Part shown: piece by piece, positions 28,353-38,600 of the stretch
Layout: each line of letters starts with the position of its first letter
Position numbering within the stretch: position 1 is the first letter of the stretch
The notes under the pieces: model-generated
What the model was told of the DNA's origin: nothing
What the model saw: only the letters and a program-made list of their open reading frames with translations
Database searches by the model: none
IMG/VR virus record: IMGVR_UViG_3300029288_007102
Coordinates: 32,001-96,000 of that record
Source: a virus
Taxonomy: Duplodnaviria; Caudoviricetes
DNA length: 64,000 nucleotides
Strand: one strand, 5' to 3'
Position numbers and translations under genes: made by a program

Positions 28353-28496
28353 ATGACTAAAGGGTCTGGTAAAGGAAAGAGGGCGGGGAAGCAAGCTTGT
28401 TCTCCAAAGACGAATAAATCAAAATATTATTACACCTTAATTGAAAGATATGGGAGGGTGGGCGGGTATAGTGATAGACATAGAGGATCTTTGTGA
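28353..28496 (+). CDS. 47-aa basic peptide (MTKGSGKGKRAG...)
   Basis: Hand-translated; GGAGG RBS. Confidence 0.4.
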   Translation: MTKGSGKGKRAGKQACSPKTNKSKYYYTLIERYGRVGGYSDRHRGSL

Positions 28497-28506
28497 GGTG
28501 GACTAA

Positions 28507-29343
28507 ATGGCGTTGCTTCAAATAAGTGGAGTGATAGTTGCATATGATAAAATAAGTAACCATGTAGACATTAATTGGACGGCTAGTACAGAAAGTCCTG
28601 ATGGTTATAATTTGTATCGTAGGCCTGTGCCTTATGGTTTTACGACATCATATGACAAAGTAAATACTACGTTGATAGCAACAAATTCTTATGTGGATTC
28701 CCCGGATTTTGTCTTGTCTAATGAGTGGTATTATTGTATTACTCAGGTTAAAGGGGCAGAAGAATCGGCTCTACAAGGTGCTGGGGTAACTTGGTTGCCC
28801 TATACTATTTTTACGGGACAAACAAACCTAAATTATCCTTATTTGCCAGATAATATTGGAATGGATTTTTATTTTGATGAGATAAGAAGAAGACATACTT
28901 GGATGATAGAAAATGATGGAGAGGACATAACTTTTTACAAAAGAAGGTGGGAGGGGGAGAGGTGCCCTTGTGTGCAAGAGGAGGGGGAAGAGGGGAATTA
29001 TAACTGCCTATTGTGTTTTGGGACAGGTATACTTGGGGGGTATTATCTCGCTTATACCATCAAAATAAGATATGGAAGCATTCCAATTCAACTTGTTCGG
29101 TACGACAAAGAAGGGTTGATAATTGAGCATAAACCTTCTTCTTGGACTTTGTGGACCCCCAGATTGACAGAACACGATCTTGTTGTCCGATTTGACGGGG
29201 TAAGATATGACGTAAATGATCTTGCTCAGTCTACTTGGCGGGGGTTGCCTCTTCATCAAGATTTTAATTTACAAGAAGTTGTTCCTACGGATATTCGTTA
29301 TCAAGTAAACAATACTGCAATATTGGCGGCATTGGGTGCGTAA
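28507..29343 (+). CDS. Head closure/neck protein with FN3-like N-terminus and Zn motif
   Basis: GYNLYR; RRWEGERCPC..CLLCFGTGILGGY; DLVVRFDG.RY. Confidence 0.65.
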   Translation: MALLQISGVIVAYDKISNHVDINWTASTESPDGYNLYRRPVPYGFTTSYDKVNTTLIATNSYVDSPDFVLSNEWYYCITQVKGAEESALQGAGVTWLPYTIFTGQTNLNYPYLPDNIGMDFYFDEIRRRHTWMIENDGEDITFYKRRWEGERCPCVQEEGEEGNYNCLLCFGTGILGGYYLAYTIKIRYGSIPIQLVRYDKEGLIIEHKPSSWTLWTPRLTEHDLVVRFDGVRYDVNDLAQSTWRGLPLHQDFNLQEVVPTDIRYQVNNTAILAALGA

Positions 29344-29363
29344 ATTTTTCCGGAGGCTTGAGA

Positions 29364-29582
29364 ATGGAAACTAAAATAAGAATCGAATACACTTTTAATT
29401 CTTTGGAAGAACTTGTCGAGTTTCTGAAAAAGACTGGGAAGATAGATGGGGGAAAGATAAAAAAGGATGGGACTGATATTCAAAAAGTATTAAAAGAGAT
29501 GAATCCAAACTCTATCCCTCATGGCGATGATGATCAGGGCGAACAGGAGAAGCCGGATGTCAATTCAGACCCCAAAATATAA
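29364..29582 (+). CDS. Small hypothetical protein
   Basis: GGAGG RBS; fills the gap between genes. Confidence 0.45.
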   Translation: METKIRIEYTFNSLEELVEFLKKTGKIDGGKIKKDGTDIQKVLKEMNPNSIPHGDDDQGEQEKPDVNSDPKI

Positions 29583-30171
29583 ATATAGTTATACTTTCTC
29601 TAATGCTCTTAAAAATGCCTTTGTTAACAGCCTCCGGGAAGCTTTTGCGACTAGAAAAGAGGGGGAACAATTTAGGTATATAACTAAAGCAGACGGCAGT
29701 GCTGATCCTACAACTCTTATAACTATCTATAAAGGGTTCCCGAGGAAGGTGTTAAAGTATCCGGCTATTTTTATTTCTTGTAATGCTGGGGAACATTATG
29801 CCACATTAGATGATGAGTTTTTGGAAGAAATAAAAGATGAGGCAGGGGTTTATATAGGAGATCGTTATTTAGGGAGATTTTGGTTTACTGCTTCTGAGAC
29901 AATAGCGGCAATGACGACCTTGGATAGAGAGCAGGTTCTTGACCTTTCTTTGTTTTATCTTAAGGTTTTAAGGAGACCTATGAGAGCAGCAGGGATAGAA
30001 TATCAAGAACCGAGGATCTCCGATGAATCAGAAAAGGTGATAGGAAACGACAATGTTTATCTGATAAATGTTTCCTATAGATGTTTTGTTGAATGGAGTA
30101 TGGATTTGTCGTTAATGGAGTATGAGAGGTTGAATAAGATAAATATAACTGCAATATTAGAGAATACTTAA
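29557..30171 (+). CDS. Tail terminator/completion protein
   Basis: AGGAG RBS before ATG 29557; FP..YPAI motif; directly upstream of the sheath region. Confidence 0.6.
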   Translation: MSIQTPKYKYSYTFSNALKNAFVNSLREAFATRKEGEQFRYITKADGSADPTTLITIYKGFPRKVLKYPAIFISCNAGEHYATLDDEFLEEIKDEAGVYIGDRYLGRFWFTASETIAAMTTLDREQVLDLSLFYLKVLRRPMRAAGIEYQEPRISDESEKVIGNDNVYLINVSYRCFVEWSMDLSLMEYERLNKINITAILENT

Positions 30172-30184
30172 AGGAGGGGATAGA

Positions 30185-30394
30185 ATGAAGATAGAAATTA
30201 AGAATCGGACTAACGGGACTTTGACTTTTGGCTCTTTAGTTATAGAACCAAAAGGAGAAAAGAAATTGCCAATGAGCGACTATCTTAAAATAAAAAAGGA
30301 CGTGGAATATTCTGCGATGAAACAGTGGGCTTTTATTAGAGAGATAGATGAAGAAAAAATTGAAGAGAAAAGGGAAAAAAAGAAAAGTGAATAA
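30185..30394 (+). CDS. Small hypothetical protein
   Basis: AGGAGG RBS. Confidence 0.55.
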   Translation: MKIEIKNRTNGTLTFGSLVIEPKGEKKLPMSDYLKIKKDVEYSAMKQWAFIREIDEEKIEEKREKKKSE

Positions 30395-30428
30395 TTAATA
30401 ATTAAGTAATATAAAAAGGAGGAAACAA

Positions 30429-31994
30429 ATGACTTATCGTAAACCTGGGATATATTTTGCAGAAACAATCAATCCGCAATTTGTATCATTGACGGGGTCT
30501 GAAAGGGTAGTTACTATTATTGGCGATGCTGATAAAGGATTGTTGACGTCGAATGCGGAAGTGGTTCATGGCACAGCTGGTGGGACAGATGAACTTATCA
30601 CAAGTGGAGAGATAATTGAAATAATTGGGGTTGGAGATTACCCTGGTATATACAATTATATTAAAGATACAGACTTCACTCTTTCATCTAATCGTAGAGG
30701 TCTTGATTGGTCAGTGACGCATCGCCCAGAACCAAGTGTTGGGGCAACGTATTATGCGACATATAAAGTGCTGAAGTCCTCGACAAATTATGTTGTGAAT
30801 ACAACATATTCGATAGAACAGATAAGAACTCTGTATGGATATGAATTTAATGGTGGAAATATAAGCGAAATCTCTCTTGCTGCTTATGCCGCCTTCCAAA
30901 ATGGTGCAGTTACCGTTAAAGCCTGTCAAATAAACCCGACGACATACAAAACTTATTTAACATCGGGTTTTTCTTCTTCGGCTATTACGGCAGATGTTTC
31001 TGATACTACAGGGTTCCCATCTAGTGGATCTTTCAAGATCGATGAAGAAGTTGTGGCTTATGCCGGAACAACCCCAACAAGTTTTACTGGCTGTGTAAGG
31101 GCTCAGGGTGGAACAACAGCTGCTGCTCACGGAATAAATATTCCATTGATCTCTGTGCCATCAACAGCAGATGTAAGAACGGCATATCAAGAGGCCTTGA
31201 ATAAGGTAAAAGAGGTGGAGACGGATGTTGTTGTTATAACCTCTACAGATGCGACAATTCAGGGGTATCTTAAAACCCATATTCAAGATATGTCTTCTAG
31301 TATACAAAGAAAAGAGAGAGTTGGGATTATCACTCATGAAAATATAAATGATACTGCAACTCAGATCGCAACACAGGCAGCTGGATGGGACTATAACAGA
31401 ATGATTCTTGTTGCCCCTTCACCCATAAAAATAACTTTGATAGATACCTTAACCAGAGCTTCTTCTCAACAGACTGTTTCTGGTGTCTATTCAGCTTCTG
31501 CACTAGCTGGGCTTCTTTGTAACCCAAATTATGCAGTTTCTGAATCTATGACTAGAAAAGAGATTGCAGGGTTTGATGAGTTAGGAAGAACCTTCCTGGA
31601 AACCGAAATGAATAGCATGGCGGCTGTCGGGGTGTGTTTGTTTATCCCGGGGTCAATTTTGGTTAGGCATGCTATAACAACAGATCCTACAAATGCAAAT
31701 ACCCAAGAAATATCTATTATTATGATAAAGGATTATGTTGTTAAGCAATTGAGAAGTCTTTTAGATACGACTTATATTGGAACAAGAATCTTGCCTGGAA
31801 CGATTGATTCTATAAAGTTGTCGGTCCAGACATTGTTGACTCAGTTGATAAAGTATTCTATAATCAACGATTTTAGGAATATAAATGCAGTACAAGATAC
31901 GGCGGATCCTAGAATAGTCAATGTCCAGTTTGAGTTTGAAGCTGTATATCCATTGATTTGGATGGATGTGACATATCAGCTGTATGTAGCATAA
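30429..31994 (+). CDS. Tail sheath protein
   Basis: Y.KPGIY N-terminus; AFQNGA; ESMTRKEIAGF; HAITTD; YPL C-terminus. Confidence 0.9.
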   Translation: MTYRKPGIYFAETINPQFVSLTGSERVVTIIGDADKGLLTSNAEVVHGTAGGTDELITSGEIIEIIGVGDYPGIYNYIKDTDFTLSSNRRGLDWSVTHRPEPSVGATYYATYKVLKSSTNYVVNTTYSIEQIRTLYGYEFNGGNISEISLAAYAAFQNGAVTVKACQINPTTYKTYLTSGFSSSAITADVSDTTGFPSSGSFKIDEEVVAYAGTTPTSFTGCVRAQGGTTAAAHGINIPLISVPSTADVRTAYQEALNKVKEVETDVVVITSTDATIQGYLKTHIQDMSSSIQRKERVGIITHENINDTATQIATQAAGWDYNRMILVAPSPIKITLIDTLTRASSQQTVSGVYSASALAGLLCNPNYAVSESMTRKEIAGFDELGRTFLETEMNSMAAVGVCLFIPGSILVRHAITTDPTNANTQEISIIMIKDYVVKQLRSLLDTTYIGTRILPGTIDSIKLSVQTLLTQLIKYSIINDFRNINAVQDTADPRIVNVQFEFEAVYPLIWMDVTYQLYVA

Positions 31995-32024
31995 AATAAT
32001 AAAATAAAAGCGAGGTGAATTGCT

Positions 32025-32501
32025 ATGCCTTTAAATCCAACACCAGTAACAAGAACTAGGTTATCGATAGCCTACTCAATTTATATCACTGCTTATGATG
32101 GGAAAAGACACAAAGTAGGTACCTTTAGAAAATTGAGCACATCTGAAAATAGGAACGTGAATGCTGTTTTCTCTATAGATTCTGATCTCTCCGGGCAACC
32201 TTATGAGACTATTCCGGAAATTGCCAAAGACAAGAGCTTGACTTATGAAGCTTTAACTTTGTACACACAGAACCTTATGGAGGCTATTGCCGACAAGCAA
32301 CAGAGAATAGAGTCGTTAGTAGATTTTAATATCCCATTTGACATAGAGGTCATAATCACTGCTCCCGATGGGTCGACAAAATCTAAGAAGTATGTAAGCT
32401 GTTGGTTAACTAGTTATGATGAGAGTGTTGATATTGGCTCTCTTATTGTATCTGCAAGTGGCAAGATTATCTACGAGAGAATTGATTACCCATTGACATA
32501 A
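32025..32501 (+). CDS. Tail tube protein
   Basis: Follows sheath; PFDIEV..YVSCWLTSY. Confidence 0.8.
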   Translation: MPLNPTPVTRTRLSIAYSIYITAYDGKRHKVGTFRKLSTSENRNVNAVFSIDSDLSGQPYETIPEIAKDKSLTYEALTLYTQNLMEAIADKQQRIESLVDFNIPFDIEVIITAPDGSTKSKKYVSCWLTSYDESVDIGSLIVSASGKIIYERIDYPLT

Positions 32502-32525
32502 AATGGAATGAATAGGAGGATTAGT

Positions 32526-33044
32526 ATGACTGTAAAAGAGAACGAAACTGATTCAAAACCGACTGTGACAGTGGTGGATTTAGAGGATCTTCTTTTTAAA
32601 TCTAAAACACTACAAGATACTTTTACCATAGGCAAGCATAAGATATTAGTAAGAACTTTGACTGGTGCTGAGAGGAAAGAAGTGTGGGATAGGCCTATAG
32701 TGAGATCGGCCTCTGGCATTCTTGATAAGATGGAGTTCTCTAAGATTCCGGTGCTTGCCAGGGTAATTGTTTCTATAGATGAGACACCTTGGATGGCAAG
32801 AGATGAAATAAAAAGAATATTAGATAAGAATCCCTCCCGCAAACTGGAAGACGCCATCGAGGAATTTCTTGGCTCCTTGTCAAATGAAACCTTAAATATG
32901 CTTTATGGTTTATATTTAAGGGTTATGTCCAAAGAAAGGCAGGCAATTGATTTGCTAAAAAAAGATTTACCGACCCTGCCTTCAGAAACAGGTGGCGAGT
33001 CTGCAGGAGTTTCGGGTATAGATTTGATGACTCGTCTGTTTTAA
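32526..33044 (+). CDS. Tail assembly chaperone (G)
   Basis: Lies between tube and tape measure; VRTLTGAE motif; AGGAGG RBS before 32526. Confidence 0.75.
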   Translation: MTVKENETDSKPTVTVVDLEDLLFKSKTLQDTFTIGKHKILVRTLTGAERKEVWDRPIVRSASGILDKMEFSKIPVLARVIVSIDETPWMARDEIKRILDKNPSRKLEDAIEEFLGSLSNETLNMLYGLYLRVMSKERQAIDLLKKDLPTLPSETGGESAGVSGIDLMTRLF

Positions 33045-33349
33045 GCGATTTGAGTGAGATCCAACTTCTTTGGTGTCTTTTGAATACAGAAGAGGATTAT
33101 AAAGAGAAGGCCTCTTACAATAGAGATATGATTGAATCTTTATTGCCTTGGTTGAACCCCCAAATGTATTCTAAAATGAAAGAGCGAGAGAGGCTGGAAG
33201 AAGAGACTAGCGATTCTGAATATCAAGGGTATGTGGACGAGTTGAGGCAACATGGCGTACCAGAAGAAGAAATAAAGAGGTTTATAGATTTAGAAAAAAG
33301 GAGTAAGCGAGAGAAGGAAGCGAGACAAAAAGAGCTTACTTTAGGATAA
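32957..33349 (+). CDS. Tail assembly chaperone GT extension via -1 frameshift
   Basis: Slippery A AAA AAA at 32957-32963; the -1 frame is open (RFTDPAFRNRWRVCRSFG...) into the 33050-33349 ORF. Confidence 0.75.
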   Translation, partial: KKRFTDPAFRNRWRVCRSFGYRFDDSSVLSDLSEIQLLWCLLNTEEDYKEKASYNRDMIESLLPWLNPQMYSKMKERERLEEETSDSEYQGYVDELRQHGVPEEEIKRFIDLEKRSKREKEARQKELTLG

Positions 33350-33373
33350 TTACCTTACGTTGGAGTCCTTTCT

Positions 33374-35419
33374 ATGGTTGAAAAAGAAAAAGAGAAGAAA
33401 ATTGATATAGCAGCCGCAAGAGATCTAGTTTCTATTTTTGATGATCTCGATGATGCTTCTAAAAAGTATTTAGACAACATGGATTTAACAAAAAATGCTT
33501 TGAAGGAGCAGACTATAGAATTGGGACTCCAGACTAGGGAGTTAGAGTTGGCAGGGGTGTTGACAAAAGCCCAGGCAGATATGATATACAAAACCCTTTA
33601 TACTTTTGGGCAGTTAGAAAAATCATCAAAGATGTTTAGCGATAATGTCGCCCGGGCAAGAAAAGACCTTAAAGAATCTGATATAGAAAAGCTTGCCAAA
33701 TCTTTTGATACAGTTAATGGGATGATCGGGAAAGTAAGTTCTAGTCTTTCGGGGATTGGAAAGAGTATTGGTGATATTGCCATAGGATTTTCTAAATCTA
33801 GAGGGGCTGGAGTAACAGCTGGTTTGGGGGCTTTGTTGGAGCTTGCTGTTGCTGTAAATAAAGAATTTGTAGAAATGAATAAACAGGCCATAACGGTTGG
33901 CGGTAGTCTTGGGAAATTAGCCTTACCGGGTAGAGCGGAACCATTTACGGGGTTTTTACAAAAAGAGGTAAGAGAGGCAACTGCGGGGTTGACGTTTACT
34001 TATGGCCGGGAAATAACTAAAGAGATGATTGGTGCTGGGGCAGGAATAGGAATAGCCCCCTCAAGAACGCCAGAAATAGAGTATATTGGGGCAGTATCAA
34101 GAATTATAGGGACAGATATAAGTACAGCTGCACAACTTGTTGCAGATATTTCCGTTAAAACAGGCAAAAGTATTGCTTCTACAGCTGTAGTTTTCCAGCA
34201 ATTTGGGGAAGATTTTGATGACATACGAGAAAATGTTAAAATGTCATTTGAGGAATATGTAGCCCAGGTAATGAATGTTTACGAAAGGACTCGTTTATAT
34301 GGGGGGTCCCTAGAGGAAGCAACTGCTATAACTAAAACATTTGCTTCTGAGTTAAGAACTGGCACATTAAGTATGGGGACTTTAACAAATATCCTTACTA
34401 CGGGGGGAAAATCGCCAACAGACACCTTTAAAGCTTTAGGGTGGCTTGGTGCTATGGGAATGACCGTTTCCGGCTCTGTAGGGGGCACAGCTGTCTCGGA
34501 GATGAGTCCTGTTGCTCAATCTATGGCGATATTTACAAACCCAAAGATCCAAGATGCTTTGATCTCCCAGCTCATGACTGCCGGGCAAAAATTTGGAGCT
34601 CAAATGGGGTATGGGGGAGCTGAGGGGAAGCTAATAGGGGAATACTTTCAAAGAGAGTTTGTGAGCCAGGTTTTTGGGGTTAATTTGGGGGCTTCTGAAT
34701 GGAAGACTTTCCAAGAAAAGGTTATGCCTGCGTTAGCGGCAGGGGTACCTGCTACCGAAGCAATGGCAGGGGCGGGGTTACAAACTGAGGCTGAGGCTAT
34801 GGCGGATTATATTACTGACTGGAGATTGTGGGCTAGCGAATCAAGAACTTGGGAAGATAAGGTAGAGTCTCTCTTGCAAATTATGGCTCTTCATTTAGGG
34901 ATAATCCCTGGGACTATAACTGCTTTAGCTAGCGGTCTTGCATCTCTCTTTCCTAATATAGAGGCGAGGATGTTTGACACTTTTACTTTAAAGGCTGAGG
35001 GGATGTTAAAAGGGGTATTAGAAGCAAAGGCGGCAGGGGAGTTAACTACAACAGATTATGAGAGGGCGATAGAAAGCTTTAAGGCGTTAACGGAAGCATT
35101 TCCTAAAATAGGCTTGGTGGCAAGTGCTGTAGCTTCCTATGGGTTAATGTTTAAGTCATTAGAGCCAACAGCGGAGACGTCGTTAGCTGGGTATGATTAT
35201 GGAACGAGCTATGTCCCGGCTACAGGGATGTATACCTTACATAAAGGTGAGGAAGTGGTTTCCTCACAGAGTGTTAATAGGGGGGCATCTATAGCGGTGA
35301 ATTTGAATATAGGGAGATTGGATTCTGCGGCAATAGAAGAGATAGGAAATTTGGCAAAAGAAAAAGTCATTTCTGAATTGAGAAGGCAAGCTCTTTATGA
35401 GCCAGCTTTTGGAGTATAA
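33374..35419 (+). CDS. Tape measure protein
   Basis: Ala/Gly-rich helical protein after the chaperones; C-terminal YDYGTSYVP.TG..LHKGE. Confidence 0.8.
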   Translation: MVEKEKEKKIDIAAARDLVSIFDDLDDASKKYLDNMDLTKNALKEQTIELGLQTRELELAGVLTKAQADMIYKTLYTFGQLEKSSKMFSDNVARARKDLKESDIEKLAKSFDTVNGMIGKVSSSLSGIGKSIGDIAIGFSKSRGAGVTAGLGALLELAVAVNKEFVEMNKQAITVGGSLGKLALPGRAEPFTGFLQKEVREATAGLTFTYGREITKEMIGAGAGIGIAPSRTPEIEYIGAVSRIIGTDISTAAQLVADISVKTGKSIASTAVVFQQFGEDFDDIRENVKMSFEEYVAQVMNVYERTRLYGGSLEEATAITKTFASELRTGTLSMGTLTNILTTGGKSPTDTFKALGWLGAMGMTVSGSVGGTAVSEMSPVAQSMAIFTNPKIQDALISQLMTAGQKFGAQMGYGGAEGKLIGEYFQREFVSQVFGVNLGASEWKTFQEKVMPALAAGVPATEAMAGAGLQTEAEAMADYITDWRLWASESRTWEDKVESLLQIMALHLGIIPGTITALASGLASLFPNIEARMFDTFTLKAEGMLKGVLEAKAAGELTTTDYERAIESFKALTEAFPKIGLVASAVASYGLMFKSLEPTAETSLAGYDYGTSYVPATGMYTLHKGEEVVSSQSVNRGASIAVNLNIGRLDSAAIEEIGNLAKEKVISELRRQALYEPAFGV

Positions 35420-35421
35420 TA

Positions 35422-36096
35422 ATGCCATTAGATTTACAGGTTGATCTTACCAGCTTTCATATAGTGAATAACCTTTTTGATATGGGGTTAGAGTTTATAA
35501 CGATCCCTACATCTTTAGGGTTTAGGTATGATAAAAAAAATCCTATAACCCCAACAGTTAATGATTTTGTTATAGAGCATTGGAAAACTCCGCCACAAAC
35601 CTTAACTATAAGTGGGCAAACTAGATTTAGGATTCTTCAAAATTTCCTTGCAACTAAAGTCCCCTGGGCTATAAATTTAGACACTATAAGGTTTGGTCCT
35701 CAAACAACCTCTGTAACTAGCAATAATCAACAAGCTGGCCTTGTTCCTGTAGCGGACGTGGCCTATTGGCTTATAAATAAGATGGCATTGGACGATCAGA
35801 AGAGGCTTTCAGAAGTATTTGAATTGAAGACCAAGCAAGAGATAGATGCTAAATTAAAAGGGAAAGAAGATCGGGTTAGAACTTTTATCTATTTCAATTA
35901 TAGTATTTATGAGGTTATGTTTAATCAGGTTAATATTTCCAGAGACGCCACTAGAGTCGTTTTTACTTATACCTTAACCTTTACTGTTTTAAATTATAAG
36001 TCTATATATGATTATATTTTTAGAACGAAGTTGGGGAAGTATGCCTTAAAAGGGGTTATAGGGGCAGAGCTTTTAGGGGATCTTATAAAAATATGA
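35422..36096 (+). CDS. Baseplate/tube initiator protein
   Basis: Follows tape measure; EHW..LTISG and FTYTLTFTV tube-like fold. Confidence 0.6.
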   Translation: MPLDLQVDLTSFHIVNNLFDMGLEFITIPTSLGFRYDKKNPITPTVNDFVIEHWKTPPQTLTISGQTRFRILQNFLATKVPWAINLDTIRFGPQTTSVTSNNQQAGLVPVADVAYWLINKMALDDQKRLSEVFELKTKQEIDAKLKGKEDRVRTFIYFNYSIYEVMFNQVNISRDATRVVFTYTLTFTVLNYKSIYDYIFRTKLGKYALKGVIGAELLGDLIKI

Positions 36097-37910
36097 TACA
36101 TACATATGGAGCTGAAAAAAATCCTATAATTAAAATGTATGTTCTGAAGAAGAAAATAAACGAGTCTGAAGAAAGGGCAGACAAGTACGACTCTTTTCTG
36201 AAAAATAAGTTGATGATAGATGGAGCAGATACCAAATATCACACCTTAATAGAATCTCTCCCTTTAATGTTTGATTATACAAAATATTGGATAGTCATGG
36301 GGCTGGAGAAGGCTATCCCGTCAATATCTACAGAGATCTCGGTTTCCGGCTCTGCTTCGGCAACTATTACCATCAAGAATTATCAAAAATGGCTCAATTT
36401 GATGAGGTTAGGAACATCTGATTTATATACTTACGGAACAATTTATCCAGAAACAGCTGCGTCTATGCTTCCTTTGAAATTTAAAGATAAAAATTATAAA
36501 TCTGACCAGGAGCTCTCCACATACATATTATCTGGAGAAAATTACAATAAGATGACAATGAGTCTTCCGGTGTTAGATTATGAGTCTGAAACTTTATTTT
36601 TTACAAATGACGCTGTTATTGTAAAGCAGTTTTCAAAACTATGTTATGAGCATGAGACTTGGACGTCAATAGACGATTGTTATAAAACTATATTTACGGG
36701 GTATATAAATAAGGTAGGTCAGGCAGGTAGGGGACAATCTAACGACATTACCCTTGAGTGTGAAGGGATGTCTAAAAGGTTGAGAGCAGATTTGTTTGTT
36801 CAATTTAGATCCTTAGCTGACTTAGTAGCTCAAACAGGAACAGCTACCGAAGAATATAGGCTTTCCGGAATTGCTTCTCCATTTAGCAATTTAACTGCGT
36901 CCCAGATGGTAAGTGAGATGCTTCTTAATTATTTTTATTTGGATGTTGGAAGGAAGTCGTTTAATTTTATAGCTGGGGAGGAAACTCTTACAGAGGCGGA
37001 TGGATATAAAAAGACAGCTAATTATTCTAATTTGTATATCAATAAAGATAATGTGAAAAAGTTTGCTGTAGTTAGAGATATAAACACGAGAGCGTTTGAT
37101 TATATAGAATTGAACGATTTTAATAATTATTTTTTTACTGAATATTATAGGCCATTAGAGCTAATAGATAATATGAAGAACAAGTTTATGTATTTTTTCT
37201 ATCAAAAAAATGATGGAACGTTTGTTTTTGATGATTTTAATCGGACGATCTCTTCAATTTCTGAGAAGGAATATCTATATAAAATAAATCTTGATAAAGT
37301 TTTTAGATTTAATATAACCCAGGATGATAGCACTTTGTTGACTCGAGTAAGGATTGTTCCTGAATTCCAATTTGATGTGGGAGTTTTAACTCAAATAGAG
37401 ACAAGGGAAGATATAATCCCAGACGTTGAAGAGAGATATGGGATTAGGACGTACGAAACAAAGACTATTCGTGGGGTTTCTTCCATAAAGGAAATTTATA
37501 ATTATGCTAGATCATATTTAATAAGAAATAACGATCAATATGAGAGTATGTCTATTGAAATGCTTGGGGACCCCTTATACGATTTAAACGATAATGTTCT
37601 TATTGAAGATTATATGACAATTTTTATGATAAATAAGATCTCCAGGAATATAGACTCTACTGGGTCAAATACGATGACCCTAGATCTGAGATTTTCAAGA
37701 AAACCATTAAATATAAAAGAGATGAATCGGATAGAAAACTCAGAAACGGCAAGCGTGAACGCCTTAACTGATGCTACAACAAAAGTTTACAAATTTAACT
37801 ATTTAGATCAATATGTGGATACAGCATCAGAAGAAAAAGTTTTATATGGACTGTATTGGCAAATTATTCCAAGACTGCTCTATAGTGAAGGAAGAATTCC
37901 GACGGGATAG
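36093..37910 (+). CDS. Baseplate hub protein (gp27/gpD-like)
   Basis: IFTGYI, TLECEG, RYGIR, GDP motifs; synteny. Confidence 0.7.
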   Translation: MIHTYGAEKNPIIKMYVLKKKINESEERADKYDSFLKNKLMIDGADTKYHTLIESLPLMFDYTKYWIVMGLEKAIPSISTEISVSGSASATITIKNYQKWLNLMRLGTSDLYTYGTIYPETAASMLPLKFKDKNYKSDQELSTYILSGENYNKMTMSLPVLDYESETLFFTNDAVIVKQFSKLCYEHETWTSIDDCYKTIFTGYINKVGQAGRGQSNDITLECEGMSKRLRADLFVQFRSLADLVAQTGTATEEYRLSGIASPFSNLTASQMVSEMLLNYFYLDVGRKSFNFIAGEETLTEADGYKKTANYSNLYINKDNVKKFAVVRDINTRAFDYIELNDFNNYFFTEYYRPLELIDNMKNKFMYFFYQKNDGTFVFDDFNRTISSISEKEYLYKINLDKVFRFNITQDDSTLLTRVRIVPEFQFDVGVLTQIETREDIIPDVEERYGIRTYETKTIRGVSSIKEIYNYARSYLIRNNDQYESMSIEMLGDPLYDLNDNVLIEDYMTIFMINKISRNIDSTGSNTMTLDLRFSRKPLNIKEMNRIENSETASVNALTDATTKVYKFNYLDQYVDTASEEKVLYGLYWQIIPRLLYSEGRIPTG

Positions 37911-37917
37911 AGGTTAT

Positions 37918-38589
37918 ATGCCTTTTGATTGGCCTTATGGCGAATTAGCAAAAAGAGAGTTTAATATACGATTTGGCATAGTAAGATCTGTAGATAATAA
38001 TGCCAAAAAGATGAAAATTGAAATGTGTGATACCCCGGGTGTCTATGTTGACATATACTTTCAAAATATGGTTCAACCAATGTTGGCATCGGGGTTGACA
38101 GCGGGCCAAGGGTGGGGAGTATACACAATCCCTACCGGAAATATAGGGACGGTTGCGGTCATTTGTTTTTATAAAAACGAGTTTCCTTTAGTTTTAGGTT
38201 ATATGGCCTCAGATTATAGAACAGATGTGGCCACAGGAAAACTTGATGATATAAAAAGTGGGGAGATAAAAATAAAATGTGTTAGAAAATCTGAAATATA
38301 TTTAGATGAAAACGGAAATTTATCCATAAAGTGTTTCGCTAAAATGACGATCTTAAACTATAACGATCCAACAGCAACAGCAGAAAGTTTAAGAATTGAA
38401 ATTGATGGCGGGAATATTGTTATGAATAATGGCACTAAGAATGTGGCAAGGGTGGGGGATACAGCGGCAGCCAATTCTGAATTGTGGACTTGGATAAACG
38501 ATGTTAGTACGGCTACGGGAGTGACTCCGCCAACGACCAGTACTATTGTAGCTATTAATTCGGGGACCAGTAAAATAAAAGTAGATTAA
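37918..38589 (+). CDS. Baseplate spike (gpV/gp5-like)
   Basis: OB-fold-like N-terminus; VARVGD; I.SGTSKIKV C-terminus; ATG 37918. Confidence 0.7.
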   Translation: MPFDWPYGELAKREFNIRFGIVRSVDNNAKKMKIEMCDTPGVYVDIYFQNMVQPMLASGLTAGQGWGVYTIPTGNIGTVAVICFYKNEFPLVLGYMASDYRTDVATGKLDDIKSGEIKIKCVRKSEIYLDENGNLSIKCFAKMTILNYNDPTATAESLRIEIDGGNIVMNNGTKNVARVGDTAAANSELWTWINDVSTATGVTPPTTSTIVAINSGTSKIKVD

Positions 38590-38600
38590 GGAGAAATCTG

